Source of the DNA: an uncultured Solirubrobacterales bacterium
GTDB lineage: Bacteria > Actinomycetota > Thermoleophilia > Solirubrobacterales > Solirubrobacteraceae
Reading direction: 5' to 3'
DNA: 64,000 nucleotides
Assembly: GCA_963735885.1 (NCBI GenBank)
Contig: CAVTMP010000010.1
Span: forward strand, 95,016-159,015
Part shown: piece after piece, positions 28,901 to 39,703 of the stretch
How the letters are laid out: each line of letters begins with the position of its first letter
Position numbering within the stretch: the stretch's first letter is position 1
Translations under genes and position numbers: made by a program
Notes under the pieces: model-generated
Databases searched by the model: none
Seen by the model: only the letters and a program-made list of their open reading frames with translations
What the model was told of the DNA's origin: nothing

Positions 28901-30885
28901 CCGGACCGTTCCATGACGAGCGCGCCGGCCCCGTCGACCCGGGCGACCCAGTCCGGCGCCACCACGCAGGTGGCGTCCGCCAGCTCGACGACGCAGGGGC
29001 CGGCGAGCCGCGCGCCCTCGGCCAAGCCCTCGCCGCGGCGGACGTCGACCTCGCTCCACTCGCCGTCGAAGCACGCCGCGCGCCGCGCCGGCGCCGCCGG
29101 CCCCGCGCCGGGGCCGCCCGTCGTCGGCGGCGCGAGGGCCGGGACCGTCGCCACCGCCCGCAGCGCGACGATCTCCACCGGCTCGTCGGGCATCCGGTAG
29201 CCGTAGCGCTCGCTCGTGCGCCGCGTGGAAGCGCTCGGCCAGCTCGGCGGGGCCGGCGCCGCCCGCGTCGACGGTGAGCTCGAACGCCTGGCCGGCGGTA
29301 GCGCAGGTCCGCGGCGCGCGCCAGCGCCGCGCCGTCCAGTCCCCCGGCCACGCGCGCCTCCAGCGCGGCGAAGGCGGCCTCGACCGTCGTCGCGTCGGCG
29401 TCGGCCGCGGTCGCCAGGAACGCCGTCGACGCGTCGCGGCGCAGGTCGGAGATCGCCAGCCCGAGCGCGCTCAGCACCCCCGCCGCCCGCGGGACGAGGA
29501 CGGTGGCGATGCCGACCTCCTCGGCGAGCGCGCAGGCGTGCATGCCACCCGCGCCGCCGAAGGCGACGAGCGCGAAGTCGCGCGGGTCGAGGCCCCGCTC
29601 GACGGAGATCACGCGGAGCGCCCGGACCATCTCGGCGTTGGCGACGCGCACGACGCCGAGCGCCGTCTCGACGGGGTCGAGGCCGAGCCGCTCGCCGACC
29701 CGCGCGAGCGCGGCCTCGGCCGCCGACCGCTCGAGCCGCACGCCGCCGCCGAGCACCGCGCCGTCGGCGAGGCGGCCGAGGACGAGGTTCGCGTCGGTGA
29801 CGGTCGGCTCGGTGCCGCCGCACCCGTACGCCGCCGGCCCGGGATCGGCGCCGGCCGAGCGCGGCCCGACCCGCAGCGCGCCGCCCGCGTCGGCCCACGC
29901 CACGGACCCGCCTCCGGCGCTCACGGTGTGGACGTCGACCATCGGCAGCCGGATCGGGACGCCGGCCACCACCGACCCGGTCGTCGTCGCGGCGCGCCCC
30001 GCGCGGATCGGCGCGACGTCCGTGCTCGTCCCGCCCATGTCGAGGCTCAGCACGTCGCGCCGGCCGCTCGCCGCGGCGACGTGCGCGGCGCCGACCACGC
30101 CGCCCGCCGGGCCGGAGAGCACGCTGCCGACGGCCCGGCGCCGCCGCGTCGTCGAGGTCGGTGACGCCGCCCGAGGAACGCATCACGAGCGGACGGGGCA
30201 GCCCGGCGTCGGCGGCCCGGCCGGCGAGGCGCCGCAGGTAGGAGGAGATTCGCGGCGCCAGGTACGCGTCCGCCGCCGTCGTCGCGGCCCGCTCGTACTC
30301 GCGGAACTCGGGCAGGACCTCGCTGGAGAGCGACACGTGCGCGTCGGGCAGGGCGGCGCGGAGGGCCGCGCCGACCCGCGCCTCGTGCTCCGGGAAGCGG
30401 AAGGCGAAGAGCAGGCAGACCGCGACCGCCTCGACCTCCGCCGCGCGCACCGCCTCGACGACCGCGGAGAGCGACGCCTCGTCGAGCGGGACGAGGACCC
30501 CGTCGGGACCGCAGCGCTCCCGCACGGTGAACCGCCGCTCGCGCGGCACGAGCGCCGCCGGCCGGTCGGCGGTGAGGTCGTAGAGCGACGGGCGATCCTG
30601 CCGCCCGATCTCGAGCAGGTCCCGAAAGCCCTCGGTGGTGACGAGCGCGGTGCGCGCGCCCCGGCGCTCGAGGAGCGCGTTGGTGGCGACGGTCATCCCG
30701 TGCGCGAACGCGGCGACCTGCCGGGGATCGATCCCGCCGGCCGCGACCGCGGCGAGCACGCCGGCCGACTGGTCGGCCGGCGTCGAGGGCACCTTCGCCG
30801 TCCGCACGCCCTCCGGCGACACCGCGACGAGGTCGGTGAACGTGCCGCCGACGTCGACGCCGAGGCGCATCCCGCCGGCGCTCAT
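28897..30885 (-). pseudogene. hyuA: Hydantoinase A/oxoprolinase family subunit, at least 3 frame changes as sequenced
   Basis: MSAGGMRLGVDVGGTFTDLV... runs from 30885. The frame changes near 30135 (SGPAGGVVGAA...DMGGTSTD...), near 29285 and near 29215 (AFELTVDAGG..HERAYGYRMPDEPVEIV). Confidence 0.85.
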
Positions 30886-31529
30886 CCGCCGCGCGCCGGC
30901 TCCGGCGTCATGAGGGCGACCGGGAGCCCGAGCCCGGCGTCGCGCTGCACGGTCGCGATCCGCCGGCCGGGCTGCACGGCGTCGCGCGGCGGCCCGAGCC
31001 GCGGCCCGAGCAGGAAGGCCGCGCGCTCGAGGTCGGCGACGACGAAGGTGAGGCCCCAGAAGCTCGCCGGGCCGGCCGGGACGTCGGGCGCCTGGACGGC
31101 CTCGAGGATCGCGGGGCCGAGGCGGACGAAGCCCTGGCGCAGCGGGCGGGACTCGCCGCCCGCCTCGCGGATCCGGCGGAACGGGGCGCCGGCCGCCGCC
31201 AGCGCCGCGCCCGTCCGCTCGAGGTCCGGCGTGAGGACGACGACGTGGTCCACCCCGACGCAGGTGTTGGGATGCTCGGCGCCGAGCGTCCCGGCCCCCT
31301 CCGAGGCCCGCGTGGCGAGCCCGTCGAGGTCGGTGGCCGCGAGGTCGCGCAGCACCCATCCCACGATGCCCCCGCCGGCCGTCCCCGGGATGATCCGCAC
31401 GCGCACCCGGCCGGCGCGCATCACGTCCCGCTCCACCGCGAACCCCGCCGCGCCCCAGCGGACCACGTCGCCGGCGACGACGATCTCCTCGAGGCTCGGG
31501 CGCCGCTCCGCCGGCTCCGAGGCGTCCAT
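30882..31529 (-). CDS. VOC/glyoxalase-like family protein
   Basis: 215-aa intact ORF resembling the Glyoxalase_3-type domain (VDHVVVLTPDLERT...). Its stop overlaps the hyuA ATG (ATGA). Confidence 0.65.
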   Translation of the reverse strand: MDASEPAERRPSLEEIVVAGDVVRWGAAGFAVERDVMRAGRVRVRIIPGTAGGGIVGWVLRDLAATDLDGLATRASEGAGTLGAEHPNTCVGVDHVVVLTPDLERTGAALAAAGAPFRRIREAGGESRPLRQGFVRLGPAILEAVQAPDVPAGPASFWGLTFVVADLERAAFLLGPRLGPPRDAVQPGRRIATVQRDAGLGLPVALMTPEPARGG

Positions 31530-31542
31530 CGTCCGCGGTCCG

Positions 31543-32907
31543 CTACGCGATGGCCGGGGCGTCGGGGAGCCGCTGCAGCGCGGCCTCCATCTCGGCCTCG
31601 GAGAACTCCGGGTCCTCGAGCCGCCCGGCGAGGTAGGCGTCGTAGGCGGAGAGGTCGAAGTGGCCGTGGCCGCAGAGCCCGAAGAGGATGACCCGGGCCT
31701 CGCCGGCCGCCTTCGCCGCCTCGGCCTCCTCCATCACCGCCCGGATCGCGTGCGCCGGCTCGGGCGCCGGGATGATGCCCTCGGTCCGCGCGAAGCGGAC
31801 CGCGGCCTCGAAGGTGTCGTTCTGCTTGTAGGCGCGCGCCTCGACGAGGCCGGCCTTCACGAGCCCGCAGACCATCGGCGCGTCCCCGTGGTAGCGCAGA
31901 CCCCCGGCATGGACCGGCGGGGGGACGAAGTCGTGGCCGAGCGTGTACATCGGCATCAGCGGCGTGAGGCCCACCGTGTCGCCGAAGTCGTAGCGGTAGG
32001 CGCCGCGGGTCAGCGTCGGGCACGCGGCCGGCTCGGCGGCGACGAACCGGGTCCGGGCCTCGCCGCCGATCACCCGCCGCACGAACGGGAAGGCGAGCCC
32101 GGCGAAGTTCGACCCGCCGCCGACGCAGGCCACCACGACGTCGGGCTCGTCGCCCGCCATCGCCATCTGCGCCATCGCCTCCTGGCCGATCACCGTCTGG
32201 TGGAGCAGCACGTGGTTCAGCACCGACCCGAGCGCGTAGTTCGCGTCCGGGTCCTGCGCCGCGACCTCGACGGCCTCGGAGATCGCGATCCCCAGCGAGC
32301 CGGTGGGATGGGAGGCCTGGGAGCGTCCGGCCTCGGTCACGTCGCTCGGGGAGCGGTGGACCGAGGCGCCCCACGTCTCCATCATCGAGCGCCGGTAGGG
32401 CTTCTGGTCGTAGCTCGAACCGACCATCCACACCTCGCACTCGAGGTCGTAGAGCGAGCACGCGAAGGCCAGCGAGGAGCCCCACTGCCCCGCCCCGGTC
32501 TCGGTCGTGAGCTTGCGGATGCCGGCCCGGGCGTTCTCGTAGGCCTGGGGGACGGCGGTGTTCGGCTTGTGCGAGCCGGCCGGCGAGCCGCCCTCGTACT
32601 TGTAGTAGATGCGCGCGGGCGTATCGAGCGCCCGCTCGAGGCGGCGCGCCCGGTGGAGCGGCGTCGGGCGCCAGAGCTTGTAGGCCTCGCGAACCTCCTC
32701 GGGGATCTCGATCTCCCGCTCGCCGGAGACCTCCTGGGCGATCAGGCCCATCGGGAAGATCGGCGTGAGGTCGTCGGGACCGGCCGGCTGCCCGGTGCCG
32801 GGATTGAGCGGCGGGAGCGGCTCGCCGGGCAGGTCGGGGAGCAGGTTCACCCAGTGGGTCGGGATGTCCCGCTCGGTGAGGAGGTACTTCGTGGACTCGT
32901 CGCTCAT
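31543..32907 (-). CDS. TrpB-like PLP-dependent enzyme (TrpB2 class tryptophan synthase beta-like)
   Basis: 454-aa intact ORF with the long TrpB2 N-terminus ([20 protein letters not shown]), the PLP-lysine block GSHKPNTA, and GGGSNFAG. Confidence 0.9.
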   Translation of the reverse strand: MSDESTKYLLTERDIPTHWVNLLPDLPGEPLPPLNPGTGQPAGPDDLTPIFPMGLIAQEVSGEREIEIPEEVREAYKLWRPTPLHRARRLERALDTPARIYYKYEGGSPAGSHKPNTAVPQAYENARAGIRKLTTETGAGQWGSSLAFACSLYDLECEVWMVGSSYDQKPYRRSMMETWGASVHRSPSDVTEAGRSQASHPTGSLGIAISEAVEVAAQDPDANYALGSVLNHVLLHQTVIGQEAMAQMAMAGDEPDVVVACVGGGSNFAGLAFPFVRRVIGGEARTRFVAAEPAACPTLTRGAYRYDFGDTVGLTPLMPMYTLGHDFVPPPVHAGGLRYHGDAPMVCGLVKAGLVEARAYKQNDTFEAAVRFARTEGIIPAPEPAHAIRAVMEEAEAAKAAGEARVILFGLCGHGHFDLSAYDAYLAGRLEDPEFSEAEMEAALQRLPDAPAIA

Positions 32908-33032
32908 CTCGCTCCCTGATCTCGTGGCCGGCCGGGCGATGCTACTGCGCCGCGGCGCGGGCCTGCGACCGGCGCTCGCGCCGGGGCGCCGGAGGTAGGA
33001 TCGGCGTGGCGGCGCCGCCGCCCTTCCCTGCG

Positions 33033-34187
33033 ATGCGCCGCCTGATCGCGATCCTGCTGCTCGGCGCGGCCGCCCTGGCCGTCGCCACCCCGGCCCCCGC
33101 CGCGCCTCGGCACGTGCCGCCGGGGTTCGTGGGGATGAACATCGGCCGCGATGCGGGGGACCTGCCGACGTGGAGCGACGGCGAGCTCGGGCTGATGGCG
33201 CGCTCGGGCGTCGAGACGCTGCGCGCGGTCGTCTCCTGGTCGGCGGCGGAGCCGCGCCGCGGGGAGGTGGACCTGACCCGGGTCGACGCGCTCGTGCTCG
33301 CGGCGGCGCGCCACGGCATCGCGCTGCTGCCCACCGTCCTCAGCGCACCGGCCTGGGCGGCGGCTGCCCGGCCGCGGCGGCACGCGCGAGCGGAGCGTGA
33401 ACGGCGTCGTCGTGCGCCAGAACGATCTCCAGGTCCCACGCGACCCTCAGGACTACGCGCGCTTCCTCGCGCGGCTGGCCGCCCGGTACGGCTCGCGCGG
33501 CACGCTGTGGCGCGCCCATCCGGAGGTGCCGCGGCGGCCGATCCGCGATTGGCAGGTGTGGAACGAGCCCGATCTGCAGCAGTACTGGACCCCCGGCTTC
33601 GCGCCGAGCTACGTGCGCCTGCTCCGCGCGGCCCGGCCGGCGCTGCGAGCGGCCGACCCGCGCGCCCGCGTGGTGCTCGCGGGCCTGGCGACGAACATCA
33701 TCGGCGGGATCGTGCGGACGACGTGGCGCTCGCTGCTGGAGGTCTACGACGCCGGCGGTCGGGGCTCGTTCGACGCGGTCTCGGTCCATCCCTACGCCGA
33801 CTCGGTGGAGAACCTCGTGCTCGATCCTCCGCATGACGCGCGAGGTCATGCGCCGGGCCGGCGACGCGCGGGTGCCGCTCGCGGTGACCGAGTTCGGGTG
33901 GACCTTCGGCCGGCGACGCGCGCGGAGCGCCGCCAGGCGGCGCTGCTCACGGCCGCCTACCGGCGCCTGGCCGCCCTGCGCCGGTCACTGCGCATCGCCT
34001 CGGCCGACTGGTACATGTGGTCCTCGCCGGACATCGGGGCCCAATCCCTTCCAGTACGCGGGCCTGCGCCGCCAGACGGCCGCCGGAACCACGTCGAAGC
34101 CGGCGCTGCGCGGCGCTGCGCCGCGTCGCCCTCGATCTCGAGGGGTGCCGGCGAAAGGTCCGCGCCGACCGGTGCGCCCCGCGATGA
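33033..34187 (+). pseudogene. Secreted clan GH-A glycoside hydrolase-like protein (copy A of a tandem pair), about 5 frame changes as sequenced
   Basis: Signal peptide [18 protein letters not shown]. The blocks [28 protein letters not shown] and FQYAGLRR are found alternately in frames 0, 1, 2, 1, 2, 0. The reconstructed stop at 34185-34187 overlaps the ATG of copy B. Confidence 0.7.
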
Positions 34188-35347
34188 GGCCCGGCGCTCG
34201 CGCCTGGGGCCGCTGCTCGCCGCCGCGCTCGCGCTCGGCCCGACCCCGGAGGCCGTCGCCGCCGCGCTCGCCGTCCCTGGTTCTTCGGGACGGAGGTCGA
34301 CGCCCGGACCCTGGCCAACCCCCGGTCGTCGCCGTCGGCGGAGCTACGCCCTGATGCGCGCGAGCGGCGTCGGAACCGTTCGGATCCGGGTGAGCTGGCG
34401 CCTGCAGCAGCCCGGGCCGCCCGGCGGCCCGCTGCCGCGGGGTGGGAGCGCGTGGGATCGGTGCCCACCAGCTTCACCGCGACGGACTACGCGATGCTCG
34501 CCGCCGGCCGGTTCGGCTGCGCGTCATCGCGGTGGTGAACGACGCGCCGGCGTGGGCGCGCCGCGGTCGCGAGGAGCGCGCGCCACCCCGCGCCGCGGGA
34601 CGGTTCGCCGCGTTCGTCGCCGCGCTGGCTCGTCGCTACCGCCCCGCCTCCGCGTTCTGGACGCGCCTCGGCGTGCCGGCCGCGCCCGGGCCCGGGTCGA
34701 CGGCTGGGAGGTGTGGACCGAGCCGAACCTGCTGCGCGGCTGGGTGGTCCACCCGCTGCTGCCCTACGACGGGCGCACCGTGGAGGGGGCGTACGCGCGC
34801 CTGCTCGCGGCCACCCACGGCGCGGTGCGGGCCGCCGACCCCCGCGCGCGGGTCCTGGTCGGCGCGCTGGCCGCCCGGAGCTGGGCGGCGCTCGACCGCC
34901 TCTACCGGCTCGGCGGGCGCGGGACCTTCGACGGCGGTGGCGCTGGAGGTCTACCGCGACACGGTGGGCGAGGTGCTCGCCGACATCGCGCGCGTGCGCC
35001 GGACGATGCGGCGCCACGGTGACGGCCGCGTCGCCGATCGTCGTCTCGCAGATGGGCTGGAGCTCGGCGGCCGGACTCACGCTCGCGGGAGACGAGCTCG
35101 TGCTCGACCGCGACGAGCGCGGCCAGGCGCGACAGGCGGCGGCGGCGCTCCCCGCGCTGGCGGCGGCGCGGCGGCGTCTGGGCGTCGAGCGGGTGGTGTG
35201 GGCCTCGTGGATGACGGCGCCGACCGCAGCCTGGAGGACGGCTTCGACTACGTCGGCCTGCGCCGGCTCGACGACTTCGGAGTCGTCTCCAAGCCCGCCC
35301 TGGGCGCGTTCGCGCGGGCGGCGCTGCGGCTGACCCGTCGCCGCTGA
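34184..35347 (+). pseudogene. Secreted clan GH-A glycoside hydrolase-like protein (copy B, paralog of 33033..34187), about 9 frame changes as sequenced
   Basis: The blocks GFFGTEVDA, GVGTVRIRVSW, LRVIAVVNDAPAWA, WEVWTEPNL, VALEVYRD, VSQMGWSS and FDYVGLRRLDDFGVVSKPALGAF are collinear with copy A. They hop among all three frames. Confidence 0.65.
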
Positions 35348-35352
35348 CCGGG

Positions 35353-36661
35353 TCACGCGCGCGGCGCGGGCCGCAGCGCGCGGTCGAGGAGCTCGATCGG
35401 ATGGAGGATCGGCAGCGGGCGCCCGAGCGCCTCGAGGTGGGCGGCGATCTGCACCGCACAGCCCGGATTGGCCGCCGCGATCGCCTCGGCGCCGGCGGCG
35501 AGGAGGTTGCGCGCCTTGCGCCGCCCGAGGTCGCGAGCGGCGTCGGGCTCCAGCAGGTTGTGGACCCCCGCCGACCCGCAGCAGACCTCCCACTCCGCGG
35601 GCTCCACGACCTCCAGGCCGGGGATCGCCGCGAGCAGCGCCCGCGGCTCGGCGCGGATGCCCTGGGCGTGGGCGAGGTGGCACGCGTCGTGGTAGGCGAC
35701 CCGCAGCCGCACCGGGCCGCGCGCCGCGACGGGCCCCGCCGCGGCGAGGAACTCGTGGACGTCGCGCACGCGGGCGGAGAAGTCGGCCGCACGCTCCGCC
35801 CACGCGGGCTCGTCGGCCAGCAGGTGCGCGTACTCCTTCATGCCGGAGCCGCATCCGGCGGCGTTCGTGATGACGGTCTCGCAGTCCGCGAAGGCGTCGA
35901 TCGTCGCCTTCGCCAGCGCCCGCGCCGCCGGCTCCTCGCCGCTGTGGAGCTGCAGCGAGCCGCAGCAGCGCGGCGCGCGCGGGGCGACCACGTCGAATCC
36001 CTCCGCGGCGAGCACCCGCACGGTCGCGGCGTTGACCTCGCCGAAGAACGCCCGCTGGACGCAGCCCTGGAGGAAGCCCACGCGTCCGCGGGCGGGCCCC
36101 GCGCGCGGACGTGCCCGCCGGCAGGAGATGGAGGGCGGCGCGGGCCGGTACTGCGGGCGTGAGGGCGAGCAGCGCGCGGAGGCGCGGCGCGCGGCCGAGC
36201 AGCCCGCCACGGCGCGCGGTCGCCGCGCGCGCCAGGCCGAGCCGGTGGCCGAGCGCGGCGAGCGGGACGAGCGGGCGCAGGCGGCCGGGGTGCGGGAAGG
36301 TCGAGAACAGCCCGCGCCGGAAGGCGCGGTCCAGCGGGCCCCGGCGGTGGCCGCGCTCCACCTGCGCGCGGGTCTCCTGCAGGAGGAGGTCGTAGCGGAC
36401 GCCGGAGGGGCACGCGCTCACGCACGCCATGCAGCCGAGGCAGCGGTCGAAGTGGGTGACCATCTCGGCCGAGAGCTCCGCCTGCTCGTGGCCGAGGTCC
36501 ATGAGCGCGATGCGGCCGCGCGGCGAGTCCGGCTCCTCCCCCCACAGGACGTACGTCGGGCAGGTCGGGAGGCAGAACCCGCAGTGGACGCAGTCCTCGA
36601 TGAGCGCCGGGTCGGGCGGCCGGTGGCGATCCCAGGCGGTCCCGGGCGGCGCGGCGGCCAT
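35353..36661 (-). pseudogene. glcF: Glycolate oxidase iron-sulfur subunit GlcF-like, one frame change as sequenced
   Basis: The N-terminus carries two 4Fe-4S motifs (CVHCGFCLPTCP, CLGCMACVSACP) in one frame. The CCG-domain C-terminus (GCVQRAFF, NAAGCGSGM, CCGSAG) is in the 35353..36210 frame. The junction lies near 36080-36110. Confidence 0.8.
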
Positions 36662-37820
36662 CAGATCCCGCCCGCGAACACGCCGGGGTTGCAGGCGCGC
36701 GCGGGGTCGAAGCGAGCCTTCACGCGGCGCATGAGCTCGAGCGCCGGCCCGTCGGCCACCCCCCAGACGTCGACGGCCGCCCGGACCGCCCGCGGGGCGT
36801 CCTGCACGACGACGCGCAGCGGCGCGAGCCGGGCGCGCAGCTCGGCCGGCGCGGCGACCATCGTGTCCGCGCCGGCGGCGGGGAACCGGATCCAGGTGAG
36901 GCCCACGGCGGCACGCCCGACGGCGTCGCTCGCGCCGGCCGCCTCGGCGGCCGCGAGCACGTCCGCGAGCCGGGCCGGCTCCCCCGACACCCGCGCCGTC
37001 ATGCCGCCGGCCGCGGCCCGCTGGCCGGCGCGCTGCGCGGCCCACAGCGGCTCGTCGTCGGCGACCGGCGGGCCGACCTCCAGCCCGGCGTCGCGAAGCA
37101 GCCGGGCGGCCCGGGCGGCGAGCCGCTCGGCGGCCGCGCCCCCGGCCCGGGCGAGCACCGCCCCGTCCGCCGGGCTCCAGCGGACGTCGAGCGCCTCGAG
37201 CTCCAGCGGCGCCGCCCCGAGCCGGGCGGCGCCACGGGCGAGCACCGCCGGGTCGGCGCTCCGCGCCACGACCGTCGCCGTGCCGCACCGGGCGGGGATG
37301 GAGCCGCACCACGACCTCGACGAGCGTGCCGAGCGTGCCGAGCGACCCGGCGTACAGCTTCGCCAGGTCGTAGCCGGCGACGTTCTTGATCACCCGGCTG
37401 CCCGTCGTGGCCAGGGTCCCGTCGGGCAGCGCGACCGTGGCGCCGAGGACGAGGTCGCGCGCCGCGCCGTGGCGATGGCGCCACGGGCCCGAGTCCCCGC
37501 TCGCGACCACGCCCTCCGATCGTCGCCGCCGCCTCGCCGTCGGGCGGGTCGAGCGGCAGCGCCTGCCCGTGCGCCGCGAACGCCGCCTGCGCGCGGGCGA
37601 GCGGCAGGCCGGCGCCGAGCACGGCGGTGAGGTCCCCGGGGTCGTAGGCGACGATCGCGTCCAGCGCGGCGGTGGAGAGCTCGACGTCGGGCTCCGGCGC
37701 GACCGCGCCCCAGCCGCGCTTGGTGCCGCCGCCCACGGGACGCACGCGGCGCCCGTCGCGCGCCGCCGCGGCGAGGACGGACGCGGCCTCGGCCCCGTCC
37801 GCCGGCCGCTCGACGCGCAT
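36661..37820 (-). pseudogene. glcE: Glycolate oxidase FAD-binding subunit GlcE-like, two frame changes as sequenced
   Basis: MRVERPADG...PVGGGTKRGWG runs from 37820. VIKNVAGYDLAKLYAGSLGTLG is in the next frame. The C-terminus (36661..37269) ends in NPGVFAGGI. The junctions lie near 37505 and near 37290. Confidence 0.75.
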
Positions 37821-39292
37821 CAGAACCGCTCCGCCACGCCGGCGCGCTCGAGCGGATGCTCCCGGTAGGGGCCCGGCACCTCGCCGCACAGCCGCGGGGT
37901 CGGCATGAGCTTGCCGGGGTTCGCGAGCCCGTCGGGATCGAAGGCACAGCGCAGGCGCTGGAACGCCTCGAGGTCGGCCGCCGCGAACATCTTCGGCATG
38001 TGCCGCTTCTTGTCGACGCCGACGCCGTGCTCACCGGTGATCGAGCCGCCGTGCTCGAGGCACGCGTCGAGGATGGCCGAGGCCAGCACCTCGGCCCGCT
38101 CCGCCTCCCCCGCACGGCCGCCGTCGTAGCAGACGAGCGGGTGGAGGTTGCCGTCGCCGGCGTGGAAGACGTTGGCCACGCGGAGCCCGTACTCGTCGCT
38201 CAGCGCGGCGATCCGGTCGAGCACCTCGGAGAGGCGGGTGCGGGGCACGACCCCGTCCTGCACGTAGTAGTGCGGGCTGATTCGGCCCATGGCCGGGAAG
38301 GCGCCCTTGCGCACCTTCCACAGCAGCTCGCGCTCGCGCGCGTCGGCGGCCACCCGGACGCCCGTGCAGCCGTGGGCGTCGCAGAGCGCGCGGACCTGCC
38401 CCAGCCGCTCGGCGCACTCCTCGCCCGTCCCGTCGAGCTCGACGAGCAGCGCCGCGCCGGCGTCGAGCGGATAGCCGGCGCCGACCATCGGCTCCGCGGC
38501 GGCGATCGCGAAGGCGTCCATGAGCTCGATCGCGCCGGGCACGACACCGGCGGCCACGATCGCCGAGACGGCCTCGGCCGCGGCGCGGGTGGAGGGGAAG
38601 AACGCGGCGACGGTCTCCACCGCCTCGGGCGCGGGGACCACGCGCAGCGTCAGGCGCGTCGCCACGCCGAGGGTGCCCTCGGACCCGACGAACGCGCCGA
38701 GCAGGTCGTAGCCCGGCATGTCGGGGTAGGGGCCGCCGAGCTCCGCGACGGTCCCGTCCGGCAGCACGACCTCCGCCGCGGCGACGTAGTTCGTCGTGAA
38801 CCCGTACTTGAAGCAGTGGGCGCCGCCCGAGTTCTCCGCGACGTTGCCGCCGATCGAGCAGACCACCTGGCTCGAGGGGTCCGGCGGGTAGAAGAGGTGC
38901 GGCGCGACGGCGCGGGAGACCGCGAGGTTGGTGACGCCCGGCTCGACGACGACCCGGCGGTTGTCGAGGTCGACCTCGAGGATCCGCCGCAGGCGGGAGA
39001 GCACGAGCAGGACGCCGGTCGCGACCGGGAGCGCGCCCCCCGACAGCCCGCTGCCCGCGCCCCGCGCGACCCACGGCACGCCGAGCGCGTGGCACAGGCG
39101 GACGACGGCGACGACCTCCGCGGCCGAGCCGGGGAGCACCGCGGCCGCCGGCGCGACGCGATAGCGCAGCAGCCCGTCGGACTCGTAGGCGCGCAGGTCG
39201 TGCGGATGGGCGACGACGTGCTCGGCGCCCGCGATCTCCCGCAGGCCGGAGACGAGGTCGCGCTGCGCGGCGGCGGCGGGCACGCGGCACAC
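37820..39292 (-). CDS. glcD: FAD-linked oxidase, glycolate oxidase subunit GlcD-like
   Basis: Intact 490-aa ORF with ARGAGSGLSGGA, GGNVAENSGG, HAGDGNLHP and GEHGVGVDK. Confidence 0.9.
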   Translation of the reverse strand: MCRVPAAAAQRDLVSGLREIAGAEHVVAHPHDLRAYESDGLLRYRVAPAAAVLPGSAAEVVAVVRLCHALGVPWVARGAGSGLSGGALPVATGVLLVLSRLRRILEVDLDNRRVVVEPGVTNLAVSRAVAPHLFYPPDPSSQVVCSIGGNVAENSGGAHCFKYGFTTNYVAAAEVVLPDGTVAELGGPYPDMPGYDLLGAFVGSEGTLGVATRLTLRVVPAPEAVETVAAFFPSTRAAAEAVSAIVAAGVVPGAIELMDAFAIAAAEPMVGAGYPLDAGAALLVELDGTGEECAERLGQVRALCDAHGCTGVRVAADARERELLWKVRKGAFPAMGRISPHYYVQDGVVPRTRLSEVLDRIAALSDEYGLRVANVFHAGDGNLHPLVCYDGGRAGEAERAEVLASAILDACLEHGGSITGEHGVGVDKKRHMPKMFAAADLEAFQRLRCAFDPDGLANPGKLMPTPRLCGEVPGPYREHPLERAGVAERF

Positions 39293-39320
39293 CGTACGCG
39301 ACCGGCGGGAGCGGACCCGC

Positions 39321-39680
39321 TCAGCGCGCGCCGCGGCGCGCCGGTCCGCTCCGCAGGTCCACCCGCACCGGCTGGCCGGAGCGGATCCAGTAGCTGAGGT
39401 CCTCCGACGCCCCGGCGTCGTACTTCGCGAGCAGGAGCGCCCGCGCGCGCTCGACCTCCGCCCCGGGATCGAGCACGACGGCGTCGCCGCGGAGCGCGAC
39501 CTCCCCGATCCGCACCGAGACGGCCGGCTCGCGCAGCACGTCGCGCACCCAGTCGGCCAGCGGCCCGGGCGCGGCCAGCGCGTAGAGGCGCCGGCCGCGG
39601 AGCCCGAACGGCAGCTCCACGATCCGCAGGCGCCCGGTCTCGCGATCGGTCGTGGTCAGGTGGCAGGCCGGCGCCTCACG
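39321..39680 (-). CDS. Small split-barrel (PNPOx/F420-dependent nitroreductase-like) protein; start codon unresolved
   Basis: HLTTTDRETGRLRIVELPF...ADWVRDVLREPAVSVRIG resembles the deazaflavin-dependent nitroreductase family. There is no in-frame ATG or GTG between the upstream stop (39704) and this block. Confidence 0.45.
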   Translation of the reverse strand, partial: REAPACHLTTTDRETGRLRIVELPFGLRGRRLYALAAPGPLADWVRDVLREPAVSVRIGEVALRGDAVVLDPGAEVERARALLLAKYDAGASEDLSYWIRSGQPVRVDLRSGPARRGAR

Positions 39681-39703
39681 CAGCCCGCCCTCCCCGCCGG
39701 CGC

